Origin: Candidatus Latescibacterota bacterium
GTDB lineage: Bacteria; Latescibacterota; UBA2968; UBA8231
NCBI GenBank assembly: GCA_965215195.1
Contig: CBDCDC010000002.1
Location: 2,336,001 to 2,400,000, forward strand
DNA: 64,000 bases
Reading direction: 5' to 3'
A model generated the notes under the pieces. That model saw only the letters and a program-made list of their open reading frames with translations, had not been told where the DNA came from and made no database searches. The position numbers were made by a program, and so were the translations under genes. Positions 29,830 through 40,059 of the stretch are shown one piece after another (position 1 is the stretch's first letter; the number at the start of each line of letters is the position of its first letter).

Positions 29830-32019
29830 ATGCGCTGCTTGCTGATTGCGATTGGATTACTATCGGCTCCGCTGGGAGCTTTCGCCCTAACGTGGGATTT
29901 TGACGAGGGGACAACTTGGGGCTGGACCGCCTACGAGAGTGAATTAAACTTCGGCAATCTTAATCCCACCACGGTGTACAGCGAAGTCGAAGATGGTATC
30001 TGGCGCATTGCGCCGGTGCTAAACGGACAGATACCGGCCATTCGCTTGCTCTCGCCGCTGATTGGGGAGGACTCGGCCTTGTTCGACCGGGTCACCCTCC
30101 GGCTGCGTATCATCCATAATCGCCCCACCGGGGGAACCCTCCTGATGGCGTGGTCCAATGGCGAATCCCGACGCCGCAAGCAGGAAGCGGGCCAACTTGG
30201 AAGCCGGTCGGAGTTTTATACGGGCCGTTATCAACTGTATCCCATCGAATGGGAAAATATCACGATAGATATTCGCGCCTTGGAAGCCGGTTTGGAAGCC
30301 AGACAAGAAGAGCCGATTGCGACCATTTGGGCGGATACCTCGATAGTTTGGCAGGACACTCTCTTCCACTTGCAATTAGACCTAAACTTGAACCATAACC
30401 CCGAGGGTCCGGCCGATCATCCTGAGTTTGTCGAAGTCGATTGGATTCAACTGACGGGGGCTGAAGAGTTGCTGTTCGGGGAATTGCAGCCCCGGGCGAT
30501 CGCCAAGGCTGGGTTGCCCGGGGCGTTGTTTGCCGAACCGCGTTTTTCTGCTTTGGGTCCGGGTATCGGTAGCTTAGAATCGCAAGGTACTTTGGGCGAT
30601 GTAGATGGCGATGGCGATGCCGACTTGGTGGTGGTCTGGACCCACGACACGGTCGTCAAAGTGACCGAAGGGACGTTTGAGAGGACGACCCAAGCGGGCT
30701 GGACGGTCGCGTCCAGCGACGGGTTGGGCGGCTTGGGTCCCACCCGAGAGGTGCTCCGCGGAGGCGAGCCCCTCATGGGCATTGCGGGGGACGACTTCAA
30801 CGGGGATGGACTGCTTGATCTGGCCTTTCGTGATGGTCGGACCCTCGAATTGTGGCTCAACCGGGGCGAGGATGGCTTTGAAACCATCCTCCAGCTATCC
30901 GACGTGTGGTTCGAGGGCTTAGCCGATGGCGATGGCGATGGCGATGTGGACCTGTTGGTCTGGGAGTTCGCCGACCGATTCCACCTACTAGAGTCGCAGG
31001 TGATTATGTGGATCAATGACGGCGCGGCCGGGTTTGCCCACCGCGATCGGTTCGTCCTCGACACCGAAGAAGACCTCCGTGCTTTCCTGCTGGCCGGGCA
31101 ACCGGAGGGCGAGGCCGTGCGCCTGTTGTGGTCCCGACCGTCCTGCAAGCCTGGGGGGACTTTACGGCTGACCCAGCCGTGGGCGGCCAGCGAGCAGTCT
31201 CCGCTGTTTTTTGACGCCCCGCTCAATCCCTGCGACCTGCACCTGCTCACCGATCTGGACGGGGATGGGGCGGTGGAGTTGGTTGGGACACCCGAGCGGA
31301 ATCTATACTTCGACTTTGATGTTCTCACCACCTACCACGGTTTGGCGTTGTGGCGAGTGGACGCTTCGGGCGGGGTGGAACGCCACGACCTGCTCGGTCC
31401 GCAGGTGCTTCTGCCGGATCCGTATTTTGATGATGGGGTCCTTGCCCGCGACCTGACTGGCGATGGCCTGCTGGACTTGGCCGTAGTGGATGTCAACCCG
31501 GCGACGGGGCCGGCGCTGGTGGTGCTGGTCGGCCAGCGCGATGGGGTGCCCGTCGTCGAGGGGCGCTATCCGCTGCCGGGCGTGGGCGCCGAAGTGCTCG
31601 CCGGCGATGTCAACGGCGATGGGGCTGTTGATCTGGTGGTGTTGGGCAGGAGTGTGGAAGGGGGCGATGGCGGGGCCTTCGTCTTTCTCAATCAAAGCGT
31701 CCCGGCCACTGCTATCGCGGCCGAGACGACGGCGACGCCCGCAACATTTGCGTTAGGTGCCAACTATCCCAACCCGTTCAATCCGGCTACGACGATCCCC
31801 GTATCGGTGGCGGGTGCGGGCGACGTGGCCGTAACCATCTACAACGTCTTGGGGCAGCCGGTGCGCGCGGTGTGGAACGGTCCGTTGGCGGCGGGCGAGC
31901 ATCGGCTGACGTGGGATGGCCGAGACGGGCAGGGGCAATCCGTCGCCGCCGGAGTCTATCTGGTGCGGCTGCACCAAGGCGACCACACGCGCCTCCGCAA
32001 GATGGTCAAACTCGAATAG
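29830..32019 (+). CDS. Secreted FG-GAP/VCBS repeat protein with N-terminal CBM-like domain and C-terminal FlgD-Ig/T9SS-like sorting domain (paralog 1)
   Basis: Signal peptide; GDVDGDGDADL, DFNGDGLLDL, DLTGDGLLDL and GDVNGDGAVDL repeats; ANYPNPFNP..IYNVLGQPVR..WDGRD..GVY. Confidence 0.88.
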   Translation: MRCLLIAIGLLSAPLGAFALTWDFDEGTTWGWTAYESELNFGNLNPTTVYSEVEDGIWRIAPVLNGQIPAIRLLSPLIGEDSALFDRVTLRLRIIHNRPTGGTLLMAWSNGESRRRKQEAGQLGSRSEFYTGRYQLYPIEWENITIDIRALEAGLEARQEEPIATIWADTSIVWQDTLFHLQLDLNLNHNPEGPADHPEFVEVDWIQLTGAEELLFGELQPRAIAKAGLPGALFAEPRFSALGPGIGSLESQGTLGDVDGDGDADLVVVWTHDTVVKVTEGTFERTTQAGWTVASSDGLGGLGPTREVLRGGEPLMGIAGDDFNGDGLLDLAFRDGRTLELWLNRGEDGFETILQLSDVWFEGLADGDGDGDVDLLVWEFADRFHLLESQVIMWINDGAAGFAHRDRFVLDTEEDLRAFLLAGQPEGEAVRLLWSRPSCKPGGTLRLTQPWAASEQSPLFFDAPLNPCDLHLLTDLDGDGAVELVGTPERNLYFDFDVLTTYHGLALWRVDASGGVERHDLLGPQVLLPDPYFDDGVLARDLTGDGLLDLAVVDVNPATGPALVVLVGQRDGVPVVEGRYPLPGVGAEVLAGDVNGDGAVDLVVLGRSVEGGDGGAFVFLNQSVPATAIAAETTATPATFALGANYPNPFNPATTIPVSVAGAGDVAVTIYNVLGQPVRAVWNGPLAAGEHRLTWDGRDGQGQSVAAGVYLVRLHQGDHTRLRKMVKLE

Positions 32020-32145
32020 ACACATGAGTCTATTCTCTCTTCGGCCCAGAAAGGAGGTGTATCCCGTGCTCGCAGGTTTGATGCCAAGTCAGCGACCACA
32101 ACGGTTCGCTGATCCTTTTCCGACCCTTTTGAGGAGAAATGCATT

Positions 32146-32466
32146 ATGAAGTCCTTAACGTTTGTTTTCGAGGCGACGCTGCTGGCCCCGCTGGTGGAGT
32201 TCGCCACGTCGACCAGCGGCCACGTTGAGCCGCGCCAGGGCTTGGCCTTGGGGTGGTTGGGCAGCGTGGTGGCCGGGCTGGCGGTGGTGTTCGGCACGGC
32301 CGACCAGGCGCAGGCCGATCCCTGCAACGAAGGCTGGCACTGCTCCAACGATATGTGCGCCGAGGATCACCATGGAAACGGTCTTGCGGCGTGGGACAGA
32401 TACTATGTCCACGATGATGAAAATCACTGCACAAACACGATTAGTTCCTGTAGCTGTCCTCCGTAA
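32146..32466 (+). CDS. Secreted 6-Cys peptide precursor 2
   Basis: Leader identical in amino acids to precursor 1; core DPCNEGWHCSNDMCAEDHHGNGLAAWDRYYVHDDENHCTNTISSCSCPP. Confidence 0.85.
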   Translation: MKSLTFVFEATLLAPLVEFATSTSGHVEPRQGLALGWLGSVVAGLAVVFGTADQAQADPCNEGWHCSNDMCAEDHHGNGLAAWDRYYVHDDENHCTNTISSCSCPP

Positions 32467-32664
32467 TCTACCATCCGAGTATATCATGGCTGTCCAAATA
32501 GGAGGATGGTTCTACAGTAAGTGCTGAGAGGTATAGCCCATGTGGCACTCTCGGGCCGGGTGCCACATGAGATGTTTATCCTCTGGTCTACTGCGTCTGT
32601 CGGGTGGACATAGAGAGGGTACTTGATCAGCTCACACTCCTTCCCTCATTGCTGGAGGTAAACT

Positions 32665-34866
32665 ATGCGCTACTTGCTCTTAGTCATTTTGTTGTTGGCG
32701 GCTCCGCTGGGAGTCTTGGCCATAACGTGGGATTTTGACGACGGCACTACTGGGGGCTGGACCGCCCACGAGAGCTTCTTAGGCGAGCTCAGGGCAGTTA
32801 CTCCCACCACAGTGTACAGCGAAGTCGAAGCCGGCGTCTGGCGCATTGCGCCGGTGCCGAATGGGCAGATACCGGCCATTCGCTTGCTCTCGCCGCTGAT
32901 AGGGGAAGACTCGGCTCTGTTCGACCGGGTCACCCTCCGGCTGCGCATCCTCCACGATCGCCCCACTGGGGGGAACCTCCTGATGAACTGGTCCAATGCC
33001 GAGTCCCGACGCCGCAAGCAGGAAGACTACAGACTAGACAGCCGGTCGGGGTTTTATACGCTCCGTTATCAATACTATCCCATCGACTGGGAAAACGTCA
33101 CGATAGATATACGCGGCTTGGAAGCCGGGGCGGAAGCGAGACGACAAGAGCCGATTGCGACCATTTGGGCGGACACGGCGATCACTTGGCAGGACACCCT
33201 TTTCCACTTGCAGCTAGACCTCAACGTAAACCGCGACCCCCAGGGTCCGGCCGATCATCCGGCCTTTGTCGAAGTCGATTGGATTCAACTGACGGGGGCT
33301 GAAGAGCTGCTGTTCGGGGAATTGCCGCCCCGGGCGGTCGCCGGGGCGGCCGGGGGGCCCGGAGCGTTGTTCGCCGAGCCGCGTTTTTCTCTGCTGGGCT
33401 GGAGTATCGGTAGTCCTCCATTCTCGCAAGGTACGTTGGGCGATATAGATGGCGATGGGGATGCCGATCTGGTGGTGGTCTGGACGTACTTTGAGTCCGT
33501 CAAAGTGACCGAAGGGACGTTTGATCGAACGACCCAAGCGGGCTGGACGGTCGCGTCCAGCGACGGGTTGGGTGGCTTGGTTCCCACCCGAGAAGTGCTC
33601 CGCGGAGGCGAAGATCTCATGGGCATTGCGGGGGGCGATTTCAACGGCGATGGGCTTCTTGATCTGGCCTTTCGTGATGGTCGGACCCTCGAATTGTGGC
33701 TCAACCGGGGCGAGGATGGCTTTGAAACCATCCTCCAGCTATCCGACGTCTCTTTCAAAGGCTTAGCCGATGGCGACGGCGACGGCGATGTGGACCTGTT
33801 GGTCAGGGAATACGACGACCGGTTCCATCTACTATCGTCCGAAGTGATTATGTGGCTCAATGACGGTGCGGCTGGGTTTGCCCACCGCGATCGGTTCGTC
33901 CTCGACACCGAAGAAGATTTCACTCCTCGGCTGACGACGGGGCAACCGGTGGGCGAGGCCGTGCGCGTATTGTGGATCCGAGGGATCCGAGGGTGCTATG
34001 CCGGGGAGGCTCGTCTGACCCAGCCATGGGCGGCCAGCGAGCCACCCCCGCTGTTTCTTGACGCCGAGCTCAATCCCTGCGACCTGCAGCTAATCACCGA
34101 TCTGGATGGGGATGGGACGGTGGAGTTGATCGGGACGCCCGAGCGGAATCTATACTTCGACTTTCTTGATGGCATCACCTACCACGGTTTGGCGCTGTGG
34201 CGGGTGGACGCTGCGGGCGGGGTGGAACGCCACACTCTGCTCGGTCCGCAGGTGATGGTGCCGGATGAGAATTATGGTGGGGTCCTTGCCCACGACCTGA
34301 CTGGTGATGGCCTGCTGGACTTGGCCGTGGTGGATGGCAACCCGGCGACGGGGCCGGCACTGATCGTCTTGGTCGGCCAGCGCGATGGGGTGCCTGTCGT
34401 CGAAGGGCGCTACCCCCTGCCGGGCGTGGGCAGCCAAGTGCTCGCCGGCGATGTCAACGGCGATGGGGCGACCGATCTGGTGGTGCTGGGCAGGAGTGTG
34501 GACGGCGGTTTGGGCGGGGCCTTCGTCTTTCTCAACCAGAGCAGTCCGATGACAGCCGTGGCCAGTGAGACCGCGATCACGCCCTCCACCGTTGCCCTCG
34601 GCGCGAACTACCCCAATCCGTTCAATCCGGCCACGACGATCCCCGTATCGGTGGCGGCGGATGCGGGCGACGTGGCCGTAACCATCTACAACGTCTTGGG
34701 GCAGCCGGTGCGCGCGGTGTGGAACGGTCCGTTGGCGGCGGGCGAGCATCGGCTGACGTGGGATGGCCGAGACGGGCAGGGGCAATCCGTCGCCGCCGGA
34801 GTCTATCTGGTGCGGCTGCACCAAGGCGACCACACGCGCCTGCGCAAGATGGTCAAACTCGAATAG
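32665..34866 (+). CDS. FG-GAP/FlgD-Ig secreted protein (paralog 2)
   Basis: Same architecture as 29830-32019; RBS GGAGGT. Confidence 0.88.
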   Translation: MRYLLLVILLLAAPLGVLAITWDFDDGTTGGWTAHESFLGELRAVTPTTVYSEVEAGVWRIAPVPNGQIPAIRLLSPLIGEDSALFDRVTLRLRILHDRPTGGNLLMNWSNAESRRRKQEDYRLDSRSGFYTLRYQYYPIDWENVTIDIRGLEAGAEARRQEPIATIWADTAITWQDTLFHLQLDLNVNRDPQGPADHPAFVEVDWIQLTGAEELLFGELPPRAVAGAAGGPGALFAEPRFSLLGWSIGSPPFSQGTLGDIDGDGDADLVVVWTYFESVKVTEGTFDRTTQAGWTVASSDGLGGLVPTREVLRGGEDLMGIAGGDFNGDGLLDLAFRDGRTLELWLNRGEDGFETILQLSDVSFKGLADGDGDGDVDLLVREYDDRFHLLSSEVIMWLNDGAAGFAHRDRFVLDTEEDFTPRLTTGQPVGEAVRVLWIRGIRGCYAGEARLTQPWAASEPPPLFLDAELNPCDLQLITDLDGDGTVELIGTPERNLYFDFLDGITYHGLALWRVDAAGGVERHTLLGPQVMVPDENYGGVLAHDLTGDGLLDLAVVDGNPATGPALIVLVGQRDGVPVVEGRYPLPGVGSQVLAGDVNGDGATDLVVLGRSVDGGLGGAFVFLNQSSPMTAVASETAITPSTVALGANYPNPFNPATTIPVSVAADAGDVAVTIYNVLGQPVRAVWNGPLAAGEHRLTWDGRDGQGQSVAAGVYLVRLHQGDHTRLRKMVKLE

Positions 34867-34992
34867 ACACATGAGTCTATTCTCTCTTCGGCCCAGAAAG
34901 GAGGTGTATCCCGTGCTCGCAGGTTTGATGCCAAGTCAGCGACCACAACGGTTCGCTGATCCTTTTCCGACCCTTTTGAGGAGGAATGCATT

Positions 34993-35319
34993 ATGAAGTC
35001 TTTGACGTTTGTTTTGGAGGCGACGCTGCTGGCCCCGCTGATGGAGTTCGCCACGTCGACCAGCGGCCACGTGGAGCCGCGCCAGGGCTTGGCCCTCGGC
35101 TGGCTGGGTAGCGTGGTGGCCGGGCTGGCGGTGGTGTTCGGCACGGCCGACCGGGCGCAGGCCGATCCTTGCAACGAAGGCTGGCACTGCTCCGACCCCC
35201 CCGAGGCATGCGAGTGGCATAAAAATGGAAACGTTCTAAAGTCGTGGAACTACTACTATAGCCACAGTCCTACTGATGGCTGTATAAGGTCGTCAAGTTC
35301 CTGTGTCTGTACTCCGTGA
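34993..35319 (+). CDS. Secreted 6-Cys peptide precursor 3
   Basis: Leader has 3 substitutions; core DPCNEGWHCSDPPEACEWHKNGNVLKSWNYYYSHSPTDGCIRSSSSCVCTP. Confidence 0.85.
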   Translation: MKSLTFVLEATLLAPLMEFATSTSGHVEPRQGLALGWLGSVVAGLAVVFGTADRAQADPCNEGWHCSDPPEACEWHKNGNVLKSWNYYYSHSPTDGCIRSSSSCVCTP

Positions 35320-35517
35320 TCTACCATCCGGGTATATGGTGGCTGTCGCCAAATAGGAGGACGGTGCTGTAGTACATGCTGAGACGTATAGCCCATGTGG
35401 CACTTTAGGGCTGGGTGCCACATCGGCTTTTGGCTTCTGTTCTACTGCGTCTATCCCTCGAATAGAGGTAGGGTGTTTGAGCAGCTAACACTTCTCCACT
35501 GACTCAGGAGGTGCATT

Positions 35518-37704
35518 ATGCGCTGCTTGTTCATTACGATTGGCTTGTTGGCGGCTCCGCTGGGAGCCTTCGGTTTAACGTGGGATTTTGACGAGGGCAC
35601 CACTTGGGGCTGGACCGCCCACGAGAGCGAATTAGGCAATGATGGTGGCGTTCGTCCCACCACGGTGTACAGCGAAGTCGAAGACGGCGTCTGGCGCATT
35701 GCGCCGGTGCCGGTCGCGCAACGACCCGCCATTCGCTTGCTCTCGCCGCTGATAGGGGAAGACTCGGCCCTGTTCGACCAGGTCACCCTGCGGCTACGCA
35801 TCATCCACGACCGCCCCACTTGGGGAAACCTCCTGATGTACTGGTCCAATGGCGAGTCCAGACGCCGCAAGCAGGAAGCGGGCCAACTCGGAAGCAGCAG
35901 GTTGGGGTTTTATACGCTTCGTCTTCAACTCTATCCCATCGAATGGGAAAACATCACGATAGATATACGCGCCTTGGAAGCGGCGGCGGAAGCGAGACGA
36001 CAAGAGCCGGTCGCGACCATTTGGCCGGACACCGCGGTCACGTGGCAGGACACCCTCTTCCACTTGCAACTAGACCTAAACTTAAACCAAGACGCTCAAG
36101 GTCCGGCCGATCATCCGGCCTTTGTCGAAGTCGATTGGATCCAACTGACGGGGGCCGAAGAGTTGCTGCTGGGGGAATTGCCGCCCCGGGCGATTGCCGA
36201 GACTGGGCTACCCGGCGCGTTGTTCGCCGAACCGCGCTTTTCTGTGCTGGGTCCGGGTATCGGTGGCGTATTCTCGCAAGGTGTTTTGGGCGATGTGGAC
36301 GGCGATGGGGATGCTGATCTGGTGGTGGTCTGGAGATACTACACGGTCGTCTGGATAACCGAAGAGACGGTTGAGACGACGTCCCATACGGGCTGGACCA
36401 TAGCGTCCAGCGACGGGTTGGGCGGCTTGGTTCCCACCCGAGAGGTGCTCCTTCCAAGCCAAGACAGGTTCGCGCCCCTCATGGGGATTGCGGGGGGCGA
36501 TTTCGACGGGGATGGGCTTTTCGATCTGGCCTTTGAGGAAGGATTGAACCTTGAACTGTGGCTCAACCGAGGCGAGCATGGCTTTGAAACCATCCTCCAA
36601 CTATCCGACGTCTATTTCAAAGGCTTAGCCGATGGCGACGGCGATGGCGATGTGGACCTGTTGGTCGGGGAGATCGACGACCCATGGTCCAACGTGATTA
36701 TGTGGCTCAATGACGGCGTGGGCGGTTTTGGCCACAGCGATGGGTTCGTCCTCGATACCGAGGAAGAGCTCGGTTCTTTCCTGCTGGCCGGGCAACCGGG
36801 AGGCGAGGCCGTGCGCGTGTTGTGGAACCGACCCTGCTACCAGCCGTTGGGTACTTGGCGGCTGACCCAGCCGTGGGCGGCCAGCGAGCAGTCTCCGCTG
36901 TTTTTTGACGCCGAGGTCAATCCCTGTGACCTGCATCTGCTGACCGATCTGGATGGGGATGGGGCAGTGGAGTTCATCGGGACGCCCGAGCGGAATCTAT
37001 TCTTCGACTTTGATGCGATCACCACCTACCACGGTTTGGCGCTGTGGCGGGTGGACGCTGCGGGCAGGGTGGAACGCCACGACCTGCTCGGTCCGCAGGT
37101 GATGGTGCCGTATGCGGGGGGAGTCCTTGCCCGTGACCTGAGCGGCGATGGCCTGCTGGACTTGGCCGTAGTGGATGTCAACCCGGCGACGGGTCCGGCG
37201 CTGGTGGTGCTGGTCGGCCAGCGCGATGGGGTGCCCGTCGTTGAGGGGCGCTATCCGCTGCCGGGCGTGGGCAGCCAAGTGCTCGCCGGCGATGTCAACG
37301 GCGATGGGGCGACCGATCTGGTGGTGTTGGGCAGGAGTGTGGAAGGGGGCGACGGCGGGGCCTTCGTCTTTCTCAACCAGAGCAGTCCGATGACAGCCGT
37401 AGCGGTTGAGTCGGCCACGCCATCGGCTTTTACCCTCGGCGCGAACTATCCCAATCCATTCAATCCGGCTACGACCCTCCCCGTATCGGTGGCGGCAGAT
37501 GCGGGCGACGTGGCCGTAACCATCTACAACGTCTTGGGGCAGCCGGTGCGCGCGGTGTGGAACGGTCCGTTGGCGGCGGGCGAGCATCGGCTGACGTGGG
37601 ATGGCCGAGACGGGCAGGGGCAATCCGTCGCCGCCGGAGTCTATTTGTATCGGTTGCAGGTGGGCGAGCAGACACGTCTCCGCAAGATGGTCAAACTCGA
37701 ATAG
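35518..37704 (+). CDS. FG-GAP/FlgD-Ig secreted protein (paralog 3)
   Basis: Same architecture; RBS AGGAGGT. Confidence 0.88.
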   Translation: MRCLFITIGLLAAPLGAFGLTWDFDEGTTWGWTAHESELGNDGGVRPTTVYSEVEDGVWRIAPVPVAQRPAIRLLSPLIGEDSALFDQVTLRLRIIHDRPTWGNLLMYWSNGESRRRKQEAGQLGSSRLGFYTLRLQLYPIEWENITIDIRALEAAAEARRQEPVATIWPDTAVTWQDTLFHLQLDLNLNQDAQGPADHPAFVEVDWIQLTGAEELLLGELPPRAIAETGLPGALFAEPRFSVLGPGIGGVFSQGVLGDVDGDGDADLVVVWRYYTVVWITEETVETTSHTGWTIASSDGLGGLVPTREVLLPSQDRFAPLMGIAGGDFDGDGLFDLAFEEGLNLELWLNRGEHGFETILQLSDVYFKGLADGDGDGDVDLLVGEIDDPWSNVIMWLNDGVGGFGHSDGFVLDTEEELGSFLLAGQPGGEAVRVLWNRPCYQPLGTWRLTQPWAASEQSPLFFDAEVNPCDLHLLTDLDGDGAVEFIGTPERNLFFDFDAITTYHGLALWRVDAAGRVERHDLLGPQVMVPYAGGVLARDLSGDGLLDLAVVDVNPATGPALVVLVGQRDGVPVVEGRYPLPGVGSQVLAGDVNGDGATDLVVLGRSVEGGDGGAFVFLNQSSPMTAVAVESATPSAFTLGANYPNPFNPATTLPVSVAADAGDVAVTIYNVLGQPVRAVWNGPLAAGEHRLTWDGRDGQGQSVAAGVYLYRLQVGEQTRLRKMVKLE

Positions 37705-37833
37705 ACACATTGGCACTCTAGGGCCGGATGCCACATGGACTAATGGTCCTCTGTTCTACTGCGTCTATCCCTCGAATACGAATGGAGGTAGGGCGTTTGA
37801 TCGGCTCACACTCCCCCACTCTGGAGGTGCATT

Positions 37834-40038
37834 ATGCGCTACTTGCTCACTACGATTGGCTTGTTGTCGGCACCACTTGGAGCCTTCGCTTTAACGTGGG
37901 ATTTTGACGAGGGGACAACTTGGGGCTGGACCGCCTACGAGAGCATCTTAGGCAATCTCAGTTCAGTTACTCGCACCACGGTGTACAGCGAAGTCGAAGC
38001 TGGCGTCTGGCGCATTGCGCCGGTGCCGAATGGGGAAAGACCGGCCATTAGCTTACTCTCGCCGCTGATAGGGGAAGACTCGGCTCTGTTCGACCGGGTC
38101 ACCCTCCGGCTGCGCATCCTCCACGATCGCCCCACCGGGGGGAACCTCCTGATGAACTGGTCCAATGCCGAGTCCCGACGCCGCAAGCAGGAAGACTACA
38201 GACTAGCCAGCCGGTCGGGGTTTTATACGCTCCGTCCTCAACTCTATCCCATCGAATGGGAAAACGTCACGATAGATATACGCGCCTTGGAAGCCGCGGC
38301 GGAAGCGAGACGACAAGAGCCGATTGCGACCATTTGGGCGGACACGGCGATCACTTGGCAGGACACCCTCTTCCACGTGCAGCTAGACCTAAACTTACAC
38401 ACCAACCCCCAGGGTCCGGCCGATCATCCGGCCTTTGTCGAAGTCGATTGGATTGAACTGACGGGGGCTGAAGAGTTGCTGTTCGGAGAATTGCAGCCCC
38501 GGGCGATCGCCGAGGCCGGGTTGCCCGGGGCGTTGTTCACCGAGCCGCGTTTTTCTGCTTTGGGCCCGAGTATCGGTAGCTCATCCTCGCAAGGTACGTT
38601 GGGCGATGTAGATGGCGATGGGGATGCCGATTTGGTGGTGGTTTGGACCCACGACACGGTCGTCAAAGTGACCGAAGAGACGTTTGAGAGGACGACTCAA
38701 GCGGGCTGGACCATAGCGGCCAGCGACGAGTTGGGCGGTTTGATCCCCACCCGAGAGGTGCTTCTTCTAGGCGAAGATCGCTTGGGGATTGCGGGGGGCG
38801 ATTTCGATGGCGATGGGCTGCTCGATCTGGCCTTTATTGAAGGTACTCAGGGTATTAATCAGACCCTCGAATTGTGGCACAATCGGGGCGAGCAGGGCTT
38901 TGAAACCATCCTCCAGCTATCCGACATCTATTTCGAAGGCCTCGCCGATAGCGACGGCGACAGCGATGTGGACCTGTTGGTCGGGGAGTACGACGAGCTA
39001 CGGGACGAGCTAGTATGGTCGCAGGTGATTATGTGGATTAACAACGGCGCGGCCGGGTTTGCCGACCGCAATCGGTTCGCCGTCGGCAGCGAAGAAGATC
39101 TCTTGCCTTTCCTGCTGGCAGGGCAGCCGTTGGGCGAGGCCGTGCGCCTGTTGTGGCTGCGACCCTGCTACCAGCCTCAGGGGCTTTGGCGGCTGACCCA
39201 GCCGTGGGCGGCCAGCCAGCCCTCCCCGCTGTTTTTTGACGCCGAGGTCAATCCCTGCAACTTGCACCTGCTGACCGATCTGGATGGGGATGGAGCGGTG
39301 GAGTTGGTTGGGTCGCCCGAGCGGGATCTATTCTCCAACTTTGATGCTGGCTCCACCTACCACGGTTTGGCGCTGTGGCGGGTGGATGCCTCGGGCGAGG
39401 TGGAACGCCACGACCTGCTCGGTCCGCAGGTGCTCGTGCCGGATGAGAATTATGGTGGGGTCCTTGCCCGCGACCTGACTGGCGATGGCCTGCTGGACTT
39501 GGCCGTAGTGGATGTCAACCCGGCGACGGGGCCGGCGCTGGTGGTGCTGGTCGGCCAGCGCGATGGGGTGCCTGTCGTCGAGGGGCGCTATCCCCTGCCG
39601 GGCGTGGGCAGCCAAGTGCTCGCCGGCGATGTCAACGGCGATGGGGCTGTTGATCTGGTGGTGCTGGGCAGGAGTGTGGACGGCGGTCTCGGCGGGGCCT
39701 TCGTCTTTCTCAACCAGAGCAGTCCGCCTACAGCCGTAGCGGTTGAGTCGGCCACGCCATCGGCTTTTGCCCTCGGCGCGAACTATCCCAATCCATTCAA
39801 TCCAGCCACGACCCTTCCCGTATCGGTGGCGGGTGCGGGCGACGTGGCCGTAACCATCTACAACGTCTTGGGGCAGCCGGTGCGTCAAGTATGGAACGGT
39901 CCGCTGGCGGCGGGCGAGCATCGGCTGACGTGGGATGGCCGAGACGGGCAGGGGCAGCCGGTCGCGGCCGGGGTCTATCTGGTGCGGCTGCACCAAGGCG
40001 ACCACACGCGCCTCCGCAAGATGGTCAAACTCGAATAG
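37834..40038 (+). CDS. FG-GAP/FlgD-Ig secreted protein (paralog 4; its peptide gene is deleted)
   Basis: Same architecture; only the hairpin remnant survives upstream. Confidence 0.88.
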   Translation: MRYLLTTIGLLSAPLGAFALTWDFDEGTTWGWTAYESILGNLSSVTRTTVYSEVEAGVWRIAPVPNGERPAISLLSPLIGEDSALFDRVTLRLRILHDRPTGGNLLMNWSNAESRRRKQEDYRLASRSGFYTLRPQLYPIEWENVTIDIRALEAAAEARRQEPIATIWADTAITWQDTLFHVQLDLNLHTNPQGPADHPAFVEVDWIELTGAEELLFGELQPRAIAEAGLPGALFTEPRFSALGPSIGSSSSQGTLGDVDGDGDADLVVVWTHDTVVKVTEETFERTTQAGWTIAASDELGGLIPTREVLLLGEDRLGIAGGDFDGDGLLDLAFIEGTQGINQTLELWHNRGEQGFETILQLSDIYFEGLADSDGDSDVDLLVGEYDELRDELVWSQVIMWINNGAAGFADRNRFAVGSEEDLLPFLLAGQPLGEAVRLLWLRPCYQPQGLWRLTQPWAASQPSPLFFDAEVNPCNLHLLTDLDGDGAVELVGSPERDLFSNFDAGSTYHGLALWRVDASGEVERHDLLGPQVLVPDENYGGVLARDLTGDGLLDLAVVDVNPATGPALVVLVGQRDGVPVVEGRYPLPGVGSQVLAGDVNGDGAVDLVVLGRSVDGGLGGAFVFLNQSSPPTAVAVESATPSAFALGANYPNPFNPATTLPVSVAGAGDVAVTIYNVLGQPVRQVWNGPLAAGEHRLTWDGRDGQGQPVAAGVYLVRLHQGDHTRLRKMVKLE

Positions 40039-40059
40039 ACACATGAACTGGGAGCGGAC

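Larger units (their letters stand above)
29205..37704 (+). repeat. Three tandem ~2.84-kb cassettes (leader + peptide + hairpin + FG-GAP gene)
   Basis: Peptide starts at 29309, 32146 and 34993 give periods of 2837 and 2847 bp; leader and intergenic sequences are near-identical. Confidence 0.92.

Noticed and set aside
28060-32019. Methylamine dehydrogenase (mau) cluster: small Cys-rich subunit, propeller subunit and MauD-like redoxin
   Set aside because: The analogy is architectural only: cores are ~50 aa and hypervariable, there is no MauG di-heme or MauE gene, and the leader lacks a true twin-Arg
29205-37704. CRISPR array or integron cassette array
   Set aside because: Repeats are whole 2.8-kb gene duplications; no short repeat-spacer periodicity, cas genes, integrase or recognisable attC ends
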